DNA of 31,918 nt from Parcubacteria group bacterium (GTDB lineage Bacteria > Patescibacteriota > Minisyncoccia > UBA6257 > JACRHW01). Numbering within the stretch: position 1 is the first letter of the stretch; each line of letters begins with the position of its first letter. The position numbers were made by a program, and so were the translations under genes. Below the pieces are notes generated by a model. The model saw only the letters and a program-made list of their open reading frames with translations, did no database searches and had not been told where the DNA came from. Positions 16,583 through 25,258 of the stretch are shown piece after piece. The DNA lies in the NCBI GenBank assembly GCA_016211955.1, contig JACRHX010000009.1, positions 1 to 31,918 of the forward strand, given 5' to 3'.

Positions 16583-16730
16583 AACCTTCTACGAAGAGCA
16601 CAGAACGCTCATTATTTTCGGATTTCTCATCTTCCTTAGCACAACCATCGCCTTTGGTTTTGGCGTCATAGTAGGGGAAGAGCTAGTAGCAAAAACACCC
16701 CTCATTTACTCAACTCCCCTAAAAAAATAA
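16557..16730 (+). CDS. 57-aa single-TM membrane protein; absent from the ORF track
   Basis: MTNFIKKVKTFYEEHRTLIIFGFLIFLSTTIAFGFGVIVGEELVAKTPLIYSTPLKK*, followed directly by a terminator hairpin. Confidence 0.65.
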   Translation: MTNFIKKVKTFYEEHRTLIIFGFLIFLSTTIAFGFGVIVGEELVAKTPLIYSTPLKK

Positions 16731-16758
16731 AAAACGACGGGGGAGTCGTTTGTGTTTT
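16721..16758. terminator. bidirectional intrinsic terminator between convergent genes
   Basis: aaacgac-ggggga-gtcgttt hairpin with T-tracts on both strands. Confidence 0.7.
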
Positions 16759-17094
16759 TTATCTATTATTTCCTAGTCTAATATGTGCGATGAGCACAAC
16801 ATTAAAATTCTTTGACTCAAGGGGGTTATAGCGCTTGGTATCAATGTTCTTCAACACACGCTTGCGGTCGCCCCACGCCTCAAGAAGATCGTATTCATGA
16901 AGAAGTCCAAAGTATGCGTCCCACGACTCCTCAACAGAAACCTTACCGCCATGAACAAGGTTATCAACCTTATGTTCGTACTCACGAAGAACACGCAATT
17001 GTTGTTCTGGCCCCAAGTTTGGATAATCTAAAGCGCCCAAACTGCAATCAAGATCATTAATCAAATTATTTACACGATCTGGTTCTGGAAGCAT
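16759..17094 (-). CDS. hypothetical protein, 111 aa
   Basis: ATG preceded by GGAGG, with its own terminator; no recognisable motif. Confidence 0.65.
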   Translation of the reverse strand: MLPEPDRVNNLINDLDCSLGALDYPNLGPEQQLRVLREYEHKVDNLVHGGKVSVEESWDAYFGLLHEYDLLEAWGDRKRVLKNIDTKRYNPLESKNFNVVLIAHIRLGNNR

Positions 17095-17247
17095 AACGCA
17101 CGACCTCCAAGTTGATAAAGTTCTGCATACTGTATAGCATATCCTTTTATATTATCCAATTTTCAAATTAAGCAGGGGAGCGGGCTTATTTCAAAGAAAC
17201 TCCCAAGAAGATACGTCGCACAATATATGTTTTCGGACATATTAAGT

Positions 17248-17273
17248 AAAACAAAAGCCCCGCAATGAGGGCT
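17248..17273 (-). terminator. intrinsic terminator candidate
   Basis: Minus strand agccctc-attgc-ggggct followed by tttgtttt. Confidence 0.55.
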
Positions 17274-17297
17274 GTTCAATCTACTTCTAGTAGCTCT

Positions 17298-17582
17298 TTA
17301 GCTTCGCACGATTCTTCGAATCACCGTATAATTAATATAATCGCTGGGATCGTAGAGATCGTATCCAATACAGTACACGTGAGTGTATTCGGATGAGATT
17401 TCGATGTCTTCAAAACTCACACCAGGCCACTTTTCCTGAATGCGATCGAGAAGATATTGAAAACTCATTTCACCAGAGATATACATCGTATTCTCGTCAT
17501 CCTTTGGAGTCTGGGAATTCTCAGCCCGTCGCCTTTCAGAATCACGGATACCCACAAGAATCTGTTCGGTTGTCAAACACAT
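17298..17582 (-). CDS. hypothetical acidic protein, 94 aa
   Basis: ORF bracketed by a promoter candidate and a terminator; C-terminus HVYCIGYDLYDPSDY.NY.VI. Confidence 0.6.
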   Translation of the reverse strand: MCLTTEQILVGIRDSERRRAENSQTPKDDENTMYISGEMSFQYLLDRIQEKWPGVSFEDIEISSEYTHVYCIGYDLYDPSDYINYTVIRRIVRS

Positions 17583-17636
17583 TTTACTCTATGTCCTTTC
17601 TTTTTGTGTAAACCTCGCGAAAAGATTTACGTGTAC

Positions 17637-17664
17637 ATAATAACACAATGTACTTTTTTGTCAA
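17637..17664 (-). promoter_or_regulatory. sigma70-type promoter candidate
   Basis: Minus strand TTGACA, 16-nt spacer, TATTAT, with a TGn extension. Confidence 0.45.
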
Positions 17665-17677
17665 CTCAAAAATTACT

Positions 17678-18013
17678 TCAAAATAAATTTTTTAAATACT
17701 CAAGAAAACTAACAACTAGCTTAAAAAAGAAAATTGCTATTTGAATAACAATTTTAATAAGAGGCTTGAAGAGGGTATCAACTATTTTCTTGCCTGTATC
17801 CCCCATCATTTTTTTAACTTCAGAAAAAGATGTGTTGAGTCCTCCCCTATCTATTTTATACACATCCTTCTTTATTTCTTGTACTGCAATCGTAACGTCT
17901 TTGGATACAGAAAAATTATCTACAGCTGCAACAGAAACAAAATGAACTTGAAAAACAAATAAGAACACAGCTACTATCACGATAAGATACATTCCCAAAG
18001 GAACTTTTCTCAT
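17678..18013 (-). CDS. hypothetical exported or membrane protein, 111 aa
   Basis: N-terminal signal-like helix and an amphipathic, hydrophobic C-terminal helix. Confidence 0.7.
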   Translation of the reverse strand: MRKVPLGMYLIVIVAVFLFVFQVHFVSVAAVDNFSVSKDVTIAVQEIKKDVYKIDRGGLNTSFSEVKKMMGDTGKKIVDTLFKPLIKIVIQIAIFFFKLVVSFLEYLKNLF

Positions 18014-18019
18014 ATTCTT

Positions 18020-18028
18020 ATTATAGCA
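18020..18028 (-). promoter_or_regulatory. extended -10 candidate, 6 nt before ATG 18013 (leaderless geometry)
   Basis: Minus strand TG-c-TATAAT-aagaat-ATG. Confidence 0.55.
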
Positions 18029-18049
18029 TATCCCTTATGTACTAGTGCT

Positions 18050-18120
18050 AAATAAAGAGATTCTTCACTACGTTCAGGATGACAGACCGGTGCTGGATTC
18101 CCGCTTACGCCAGGAATGAC
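18050..18120. repeat. two adjacent REP-like units from different families
   Basis: 18050-18083 aaataaagagattcttc...caggatgac matches the right half of the 4965 doublet; 18094-18120 is a reverse relative of 6488-6513. Confidence 0.8.
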
Positions 18121-18132
18121 AGTGAGGATGTA

Positions 18133-18240
18133 GCCACCCAGACCACAAGCGAGTCCTCAAGGAGGAGTCAAGTGTTATCGCTATGATAGGAGGGTTATAA
18201 GAGTCACCCCCTTGGAGACGAGTGTTGGTTTGGGTGGGGC
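18133..18240. ncRNA. candidate structured RNA or palindromic element (long interrupted hairpin); family not assigned
   Basis: Outer stem ccacccagacca/tggtttgggtgg, inner stem gtcctcaagg/ccttggagac, purine-rich bubble, terminal hairpin ttatc-gctat-gatag. Confidence 0.4.
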
Positions 18241-18243
18241 CAA

Positions 18244-19506
18244 TTACAGATAGTCCTTAGGATTGACGGTGACTCCCACAGGAACTAGTCCTGCTGCTGG
18301 AGGAACCGATTTAAATTTTATGCTTGGCGTCCAATATACCCCAAAATGAAGATGCGGCCCCGTTGCGTATCCGGTGTTACCAGAATAACCAATAAGATCA
18401 CCTCGTTTTACCGACTGCCCAATGGAAACCAAATTATTTTGAGATAGATGTGCGTACAGTGTCGTAAGATTATTATCATGGGAAAGGAGTATGTGTTTCC
18501 CATACTGAAAACGATCAAAGCGCGAACTCCCTCTATCATTATTACTAATCGCAAACACCTTACCATCTGCAACCGCATATATAGGTGTTCCCACACTCAC
18601 CCCATAATCAATCCCATTATGAAACTTTGTACGGTAGGCACGCTGAGCAAAATCGGTTGCACCATATCCCTGTGTTAAAACACCCCCCCTTATGGGACTT
18701 ATAAAAGTACCGCGTCGTGGCGAGAGTAAAGAATTATCAAATGAAGCACGTAACTGACGTTCTAAGTCATCTATTTCTTTTCCAATTTTTTCTTGCTTCT
18801 GCTCAAGCGTACTTAACTGTTTTTGATAAATCGCCTCTGTATTTTTTGTCTGCCTAAGAAGACTATCCTTCATCTCTTTTTCTTCCGCCACAATGCTCTT
18901 TTTTGCTTGTAATCGCCCCTGCTCTGTTGCTTTTTGTTCTTTCTTATCTTGCGTTTCACCAAGAGTACCATCAAGTTCACCCTGTAGCTGTTTCAAATCG
19001 TCTACCGCGGCATAAAGCGATGTATTTATAGCAGAGAGGCTTTCAACATCAGCAAGGCTCTCGGAGAGACTCTTGGTACGTAAAAGTACAAAAAGGGGTG
19101 GCTCTCTGTCACTTCCATGCATATCTCGTAATACTGCACCAAGCGCCTCTTCCTTTTGCTGTATCTTTATCTTTAAGTCATTGATTTCATACTGTAGCGC
19201 ACTTGCCTCTGAACTCAGTTTTTGTATTTGAATCTGACTCTCTTTTATCCCAAGATTAAGCTTCGTAATCGAAGAGGTGATACTCCCTAGTTCACGCTGG
19301 AGAGTTTTTTTTTCTGATTGTACTCCGGAGAGGTTTTCGTGAACCTCCTTAATCTGTTGGTGCACCACCTCTAGCTCCTTCGCCTTTTGCTCGATAACGC
19401 CCTTAAGGTCTGACGGTACTGCTGCATCACTATATAACCCATGAAATAATGACGTTGCCAAAACGCCCATGAGCACCGTGCGCAATAATAAGGTACCTAA
19501 ACGCAT
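18244..19506 (-). CDS. coiled-coil M23 family murein endopeptidase (EnvC/NlpD-like architecture)
   Basis: Signal/TM, long coiled coil, then HNGIDY (HxxxD), LYAHL and TGPHLHF (HxH); Zn ligands intact. Confidence 0.92.
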   Translation of the reverse strand: MRLGTLLLRTVLMGVLATSLFHGLYSDAAVPSDLKGVIEQKAKELEVVHQQIKEVHENLSGVQSEKKTLQRELGSITSSITKLNLGIKESQIQIQKLSSEASALQYEINDLKIKIQQKEEALGAVLRDMHGSDREPPLFVLLRTKSLSESLADVESLSAINTSLYAAVDDLKQLQGELDGTLGETQDKKEQKATEQGRLQAKKSIVAEEKEMKDSLLRQTKNTEAIYQKQLSTLEQKQEKIGKEIDDLERQLRASFDNSLLSPRRGTFISPIRGGVLTQGYGATDFAQRAYRTKFHNGIDYGVSVGTPIYAVADGKVFAISNNDRGSSRFDRFQYGKHILLSHDNNLTTLYAHLSQNNLVSIGQSVKRGDLIGYSGNTGYATGPHLHFGVYWTPSIKFKSVPPAAGLVPVGVTVNPKDYL

Positions 19507-19507
19507 G

Positions 19508-20932
19508 TTATTTTTGTTGTGTAAGTTTCTGGAGAGCAGACGCTATGCGCACCAAAGAATCCTCCTTTCCTAAAATATCTGCTATCTCAAAAGGTCCCGG
19601 AGAATGAGACTGTCCAGAAAGCGCGACCCTGAGAGGCCATAACACCTCTCCCCTCCCCCTCGATTCTGTAAGAGGCATTATGAGCGACTCTAGTGCGGCG
19701 CTACCCCATGTTCCATCATAGACACCAAGTATATCTGCGACATCTCTAAGATTACTAGCTACTGTCTCTGAAGACATAGTTTTCCAGACAAGGAGCTGAG
19801 GGTCATATTCTTGCATATCAAAAAAGAAACGAGCAAGATCGGTAAACTCAGAAAGTCGTTTCATACGTTCCCGTTCAAGAGATGCGATCCTGATGAGTTT
19901 TTCTTTATGTTTTGTCCACTCCTCAGGCACAAAGGAACCTAAAAATACGGCGAGTTCCTCCGGTGTTTTTTCCTTGATATAGTGAGCGTTCATCCAATTT
20001 AATTTTTCAATATCAAAAATAGCACCCGCCTTCTGAACACGCGAGATGTCAAATTGCGCAATGAGTTGATCTTGTGTTAAAAGCTCCGTGTCAGAAGCAC
20101 TGGGATGCCACCCCAACAATCCAATAAAATTAAATAGTGCGTTTGGCAGATATCCAGTATTCTTATATTCGAGAATAGAAACCGCATTAAAACGCTTAGA
20201 AAGCTTTGCTCTGTTTTTATCGAGAATAAGGGGGAGGTGTGCATATTCTGGAGTTGTAAACCCAAGCGCCTTTTGTAATGCAATCTGTTTTGGTGTGTTT
20301 GAGATATGATCTTCTCCGCGAATCACATGACTAATATTCATTTCAAAATCATCAACCACCACTGCAAAATTATAAAGCGGGATGCGCAAATTTTTTGCTA
20401 TTACCACATCGCCAAAAAGACTCGTATCGAACTCCACACCCCCACGAATCATATCCTGAAAAATAATACGTGTTTCAGGCATTTTGAACCGGATAACAGA
20501 TAATTCGCCTTGCGTTATCCGCCGACGTGCATCCTCAGAGGAGATACTCCTACATCTTCCAGAATACTTAGGCGCAATCCCGCGTGTCATCATTTCCTGC
20601 CGCTCTATTTCAAGCTCCTCCTCTCGACAAAAACAATAATAAACATCTCCTTGCTCAAAAAGTTGGATAAGATATTTTTCATAAATATCTAAGCGTTCTG
20701 ATTGTCGATATGGCCCCTCGTCCCACGTTATGCCAAGCCAAGTCAAATGCTCTAAGATGTCTTTTTCAAAAGTAGGTTTTGATCGTTCAAGGTCAGTGTC
20801 CTCGATACGCAACACAAACGTACCTCCTATTTTTTTTGCAAAAAGATAGTTAAAAAGGCCTGTTCTTGCAGTACCTATATGAAGCGATCCTGTAGGAGAT
20901 GGTGCCAAACGAACACGTATATTAGAATTCAT
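19508..20932 (-). CDS. gltX: glutamate--tRNA ligase
   Basis: RLAPSPTG.LHIGTART.L.N; RIEDTD; RGEDH.SNTPKQ; KLSKR. Confidence 0.97.
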   Translation of the reverse strand: MNSNIRVRLAPSPTGSLHIGTARTGLFNYLFAKKIGGTFVLRIEDTDLERSKPTFEKDILEHLTWLGITWDEGPYRQSERLDIYEKYLIQLFEQGDVYYCFCREEELEIERQEMMTRGIAPKYSGRCRSISSEDARRRITQGELSVIRFKMPETRIIFQDMIRGGVEFDTSLFGDVVIAKNLRIPLYNFAVVVDDFEMNISHVIRGEDHISNTPKQIALQKALGFTTPEYAHLPLILDKNRAKLSKRFNAVSILEYKNTGYLPNALFNFIGLLGWHPSASDTELLTQDQLIAQFDISRVQKAGAIFDIEKLNWMNAHYIKEKTPEELAVFLGSFVPEEWTKHKEKLIRIASLERERMKRLSEFTDLARFFFDMQEYDPQLLVWKTMSSETVASNLRDVADILGVYDGTWGSAALESLIMPLTESRGRGEVLWPLRVALSGQSHSPGPFEIADILGKEDSLVRIASALQKLTQQK

Positions 20933-20974
20933 ATTTTTATAGTGTAAATATTATAATAAAAATTTGGAAAGGGT

Positions 20975-21098
20975 GGAGCTTGCGCAGTTCGAACTGCAGT
21001 TCGAGGAAGAAACGAGGAACGGAGTAAGCTGTACATAAGAAGTACTGCATCGAGTACCGGAGTTTCTGACAAAGAAATGCGCCGAATGCGCAAGCTCC
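20975..21098. mobile_element. non-autonomous palindromic element, family C copy 2
   Basis: Perfect 12-bp terminal inverted repeat ggagcttgcgca/tgcgcaagctcc; interior gcagttcgaggaagaaacgaggaacgg...gtttctgacaaagaaat is homologous to copy 1. Confidence 0.75.
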
Positions 21099-21102
21099 AA
21101 AA

Positions 21103-22227
21103 TTAGTGAGCTGCGCCAGTTAATAATATTTCCCATGCAATCTGCTCTGCCGCATGTGGAGCTGCAAATTTTTTTGCCCCCTCAACCATCTTGGTACGTA
21201 CCTCCTCGGTATCGAGAATACGAAATAATCTTTCAAGAAATAGGTGGGGTAACAAATTTGCCTGCTCAAAAATTTCTGCGCCACCATACTCGGCGTACTC
21301 CTGAGCATTAAAAAGTTGGTGATCATTTGCAAGCCCGGAAATAGGTATAAGAATCGCTGGTTTATTAAGCGCCGCAAGTTCAAAAATAACACCCGCCCCA
21401 GCTCTTGAAATCACAAGATCCGCGGCATAGAGGGCGTTATGGTACTCCTCACCTTCGAGAAACCCAACTATTTTGTAATCATCCTTGTTCTGTACCCTTC
21501 CGAGATCCTCCATAGCAGCAACTTCCCCTCGCATTCCCCCATAATTCGCACTTCCCACTTGATGTAGTACTTGTGTCTTTTGAAGCAGCTGGGGAAGGAG
21601 GTTCACGATAAAATCATTAATAGCGACTGCGCCCTGCGACCCCCCCAAAACAAGTATAAGTGGCTTCTCCACACTAAACCCAAAATGCTTCTTAGCCTCC
21701 TCATGTGCAATGGGGGTATATAGCCCCATACGCAAAGGGTTACCCACCATAATTGGTTCCTTTGTTTTAAAAAATTGCTTTGCGTGTTCAAAAGAAACCA
21801 TAACCTTCTTTGCAAATCGTACGGCAAAAAAATTAGCGTTTCCTGGAATACTATCAGACTCGTGAATAACAACAGGAATGCGATATAACCACGCAACAAT
21901 AACTATTGGCAATGAACCATACGAGCCCTTAGAAAACACAACGTCGGGCATATAAGACAGGAGAAGCCAAAGCGACTGAATGATGCCTAAAAATGTCTTA
22001 CACACCCCCAAAAAACCACCATTTCCAGCAATGATCTTGTGGATCTGTAAACTGCTCTTATCTAAAAAACCAATCGATTTATCATCCGGACCAAAATAAT
22101 GCACCTCCACGCCAACGTGCTCCTCTCCAGCCACCTTTTGAATACCCTCAAGAATTGCAAGAAGAGGGAACACGTGTCCCCCACTTCCACCAGCAGTAAA
22201 TGCCACGCGAATAGTAGAATTTGCCAT
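21103..22227 (-). CDS. murG: lipid II GlcNAc transferase
   Basis: GGSGGH.FP; HESD..PG.AN; GNP.R; GGSQGA..IN; ISRAGA; HQ..NA. Confidence 0.96.
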   Translation of the reverse strand: MANSTIRVAFTAGGSGGHVFPLLAILEGIQKVAGEEHVGVEVHYFGPDDKSIGFLDKSSLQIHKIIAGNGGFLGVCKTFLGIIQSLWLLLSYMPDVVFSKGSYGSLPIVIVAWLYRIPVVIHESDSIPGNANFFAVRFAKKVMVSFEHAKQFFKTKEPIMVGNPLRMGLYTPIAHEEAKKHFGFSVEKPLILVLGGSQGAVAINDFIVNLLPQLLQKTQVLHQVGSANYGGMRGEVAAMEDLGRVQNKDDYKIVGFLEGEEYHNALYAADLVISRAGAGVIFELAALNKPAILIPISGLANDHQLFNAQEYAEYGGAEIFEQANLLPHLFLERLFRILDTEEVRTKMVEGAKKFAAPHAAEQIAWEILLTGAAH

Positions 22228-22331
22228 ATAATACCTTCTTATTTGTATTTACTATATCGTAAAAAACCCAATAAATCAAAGAAAAAATATCTGACATCTT
22301 GTAGCTAGCACTTTATATATCCCATAACGTA

Positions 22332-22377
22332 ATGTCCGCTATAAGCGGACATATACTAGATACACAATACTAAATAC
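22332..22377. repeat. hairpin plus ATAC-heptamer arm, same family as 5091-5122
   Basis: atgtccgct-ata-agcggacat, then atactagatacacaatactaaatac. Confidence 0.7.
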
Positions 22378-22388
22378 AACATGCTGTT

Positions 22389-23480
22389 TTATCGTACGGT
22401 ATATCGTGACACATTAGCTATAAACCCCGAACAAGCCAAAACGACAATAAGAGACGTCCCTCCATAACTAACAAAAGGAAGTGGAAGCCCTGTAAGGGGA
22501 AGTAGTCCGCTAATAGCTCCGATATTAATAAAACCCTGCAGTACGATTGTCGAAATCATGCCTACAGTTGCAAGTTGTGAAAATGAATCAGGAGCATCCC
22601 TTGCTATCTTAAATCCGCGCACTAAAAACAAAAGGAAAAGCCCTATAAGAAACACTGCGCCCACAAATCCAAGCTCTTCGGCAACAAGTACAAAAATCGA
22701 ATCTCCTATTGGTTCAGGGAGATAGGATGTTTTTGCCATACTATTTCCAAACCCTATTCCAAACATACCACCAGAACCAAGCGCGATAAGCGCCTGATTA
22801 ATATGATACCCTTTCCCTTGAGGATCAGAGTTGGGATCAAAATAGGTAAGAAGCCTGTCTTTGCGATAAGGAGTAACCATAACCACAAGCGCAAGAACAA
22901 GACCGATAAAAAACGTTAAAAAAAAGATATGATGAAGACGGGCTCCCCCTATAAAATACATACAAAGTGCTGTTATAAAAATAAGTGCAAAAATTGCAGT
23001 CGCTGGTTGCTTGAGAAGAAGACCCGCAATAAGACCTATAACAATGAGGAAGGGCAAAAAACCTTCTTTGATACTTCGAGATTTTTTTGCTCGAGCACCA
23101 AAAAAGGCAGCAATGTAAATAATAAAGGTAAATTTAAGAAGCTCTGCCGGCTGAAAAGTAAGGGGACCTAACTGCAACCATCTTGTTGCACCCCCAGCAG
23201 AAACCCCAAGAGGTGTAAAGACAAGAATTAATAAAACAATATTCAATACTAACAAAATCAAAGATGCTTTTTGAAAAAAACGATAGTAGCAATAGTATCC
23301 GATTAAGAAAAAAAGAGTACCAAATCCCAAAGAAAAAAGTTGATGTTTAAAGTAGTAATACACATCGTCAAATTTTTGTTTTCCAAGAACCGAAGAGGCG
23401 CTAAGAAGCATTGCAAACCCAAACACAAGCAGTGTGCCTATAATTACGAGAAAAACGTAATCAGGTTGATGGCGCCGCAT
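22389..23480 (-). CDS. ftsW: SEDS family peptidoglycan polymerase, FtsW by position upstream of murG
   Basis: GA.RW..LG...QP.E..K; GYH..Q.LIA.G.GG..G.G; LPE...D.IF....EE.GF; P.TG..LPF.SYGG.S. Confidence 0.88.
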   Translation of the reverse strand: MRRHQPDYVFLVIIGTLLVFGFAMLLSASSVLGKQKFDDVYYYFKHQLFSLGFGTLFFLIGYYCYYRFFQKASLILLVLNIVLLILVFTPLGVSAGGATRWLQLGPLTFQPAELLKFTFIIYIAAFFGARAKKSRSIKEGFLPFLIVIGLIAGLLLKQPATAIFALIFITALCMYFIGGARLHHIFFLTFFIGLVLALVVMVTPYRKDRLLTYFDPNSDPQGKGYHINQALIALGSGGMFGIGFGNSMAKTSYLPEPIGDSIFVLVAEELGFVGAVFLIGLFLLFLVRGFKIARDAPDSFSQLATVGMISTIVLQGFINIGAISGLLPLTGLPLPFVSYGGTSLIVVLACSGFIANVSRYTVR

Positions 23481-25037
23481 TTAGTGTAAAAAGGATTGAA
23501 TAAGTTGACCTGATACAGAATTCAAAAAATTTCCACGCTCGTAGGAGAGTACTCCGTTCACAAAAACCATGATAATACCTTCTGGATAATGAGCGGGTTC
23601 CTGAAAGGTGTTTTTTTCAGTTATCTGTGAAGGATCAAGTACAACAAGATCGGCATTATTCCCTATTTTAATAACACCTCGTTTTTTAAATCCATATTTT
23701 TCTGCAACAACCCCCGTAATCTTGTGAATCGCCTCTTCAAATGATATTTTTCTTTTTTCTCGCACTATACGAAGAAAACGAGGAAATGCGCCAAAAGAAC
23801 GTGGGTGGATTTTTGGACGATTTAAAACACCTATCTGGTCATAACCAACTCCGTGTGAACTAATACACGCGAGGGGATGAAAAAGAAGTTCATCATGAAG
23901 AACCTCATCGCTATCGGCAATGAAACCACCCACCTGATTTTCAGAAATTTGAAGTATTTTGAGCAATGCCTCACTAATACTTATGTTTTGATTTAAGGCA
24001 ACCTCATTGATACGCTTCCCATGAATAATCCACTGATTTTTCGCATAAGAAACCATAATCTCACCTATTTCTTTTTGTTGAGATCCAATATCATTTAATA
24101 TTTGTGCCCTTGTGTCGTCTGTCGCAAGATAACGCAAGAGCTGATCAAAACCACGCTGTACCGCCCACGTAGGTAATAATGTGAAAAGAGGTTTTACGCT
24201 TATGTGATAGGGGGAAATATCAAAATGAATAGAGACGTCGTGAGACGCTTGCTCGATATGTTCTAAACTTCTTCTAAAATCATCGGTCCTTGGAGTCGTA
24301 AGGTGAGTAATTTCTGTAATGAGATCATGTTCTTTTGCAAGAGAAATTACCTCTTTGACACCTGATTCAATCCCCTGCTCTCCCTTTGGATAACAATTAT
24401 AAACACCTTTCCTGTGAGCGATGCTTTTAGTAAGTTCGAAAAGTTCTTCAGTGCTTACATGAGATGCTCGACTATAGGCAAGACCGGTCGAAAACCCAAG
24501 TGCACCCTCCTTAAGACTCTGGTTAATAAGATAGACGAATTTCTTATACTCGTCCTTACCGAGAGGAATGAGAGAGTCTCCCATGAGCCCCCTTCGAATT
24601 GTCGAATGCCCCACGAGACTTCCAAAATTTATGCCAAATTTACGCGTGCGAAGCCACGTCATAAATTCAGCAAACGAACCCCAGTTGATATTTATCTGGT
24701 TAGGGTCAGCCCATTTTCGAAGCGAGAGAATACCATCTCCAAAGAGGGGTGCAAGCGAAGTCCCCGAATTCCCCCCAACAATAGAGGTTATTCCCTGTGC
24801 CAAAAGACTTTTCTGTCCAGGATCGCTAAACAACGTGAAATAGTGGTCTGAATCAACATTTACGTCAATAAAACCAGGAGTCACCGTAAGCCCAGCAAGA
24901 TCAAGCACCTTATCAGCCTTAACATTAGGAAATGAACCAATATCCGAAATTATGTTGTCCTTAATTAAAATATCAGACTGCGCCCCAGGCGTACCAGTAC
25001 CATCAACAAGAAAACAATTTCTAAGTAATATAAGCAT
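23481..25037 (-). CDS. D-aminoacylase-like amidohydrolase homologue with substituted metal ligands
   Basis: PGFID.., GALGFSTGL.Y, HPR..G.FPR.L, G.I..G..ADLVV.DP fold motifs; HxH appears as NVD and the catalytic Asp as His. Confidence 0.8.
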   Translation of the reverse strand: MLILLRNCFLVDGTGTPGAQSDILIKDNIISDIGSFPNVKADKVLDLAGLTVTPGFIDVNVDSDHYFTLFSDPGQKSLLAQGITSIVGGNSGTSLAPLFGDGILSLRKWADPNQININWGSFAEFMTWLRTRKFGINFGSLVGHSTIRRGLMGDSLIPLGKDEYKKFVYLINQSLKEGALGFSTGLAYSRASHVSTEELFELTKSIAHRKGVYNCYPKGEQGIESGVKEVISLAKEHDLITEITHLTTPRTDDFRRSLEHIEQASHDVSIHFDISPYHISVKPLFTLLPTWAVQRGFDQLLRYLATDDTRAQILNDIGSQQKEIGEIMVSYAKNQWIIHGKRINEVALNQNISISEALLKILQISENQVGGFIADSDEVLHDELLFHPLACISSHGVGYDQIGVLNRPKIHPRSFGAFPRFLRIVREKRKISFEEAIHKITGVVAEKYGFKKRGVIKIGNNADLVVLDPSQITEKNTFQEPAHYPEGIIMVFVNGVLSYERGNFLNSVSGQLIQSFLH

Positions 25038-25038
25038 A

Positions 25039-25153
25039 CCAGGTAGTAGAAATTCGACTGTTGTTATCGAATTCTATATTTAGAATTAATTACTATTTTG
25101 AATAAAAAAACCATCGTAGAAAAATATTCTCATGTCGAATTTTCACTACCTGG
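25039..25153. mobile_element. MITE family A copy 1 (115 bp)
   Basis: 20-bp imperfect TIR ccaggtagtagaaattcgac/gtcgaattttcactacctgg flanked by CATA at 25035-25038 and 25154-25157. Confidence 0.88.
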
Positions 25154-25214
25154 CATACCCAGTACCTTTATTATAACCTATTCCATGTCAAACAGTATCC
25201 ACAGGACAGCCCTG

Positions 25215-25242
25215 AAAAATAAAAAAGCCGAGATATCTCGGC
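25215..25242 (-). terminator. intrinsic terminator after the methyltransferase
   Basis: Perfect palindrome gccgagatatctcggc followed on the minus strand by ttttttatttt. Confidence 0.7.
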
Positions 25243-25258
25243 ATGTTGATATTAAATA

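Noticed and set aside
18133-18240. Assignment as SRP RNA, tRNA, tmRNA or RNase P RNA
   Set aside because: No SRP domain IV motif (GGAA loop with AGCAG), no cloverleaf or T-loop, and it is too short with no RNase P or tmRNA signatures. Left unassigned.
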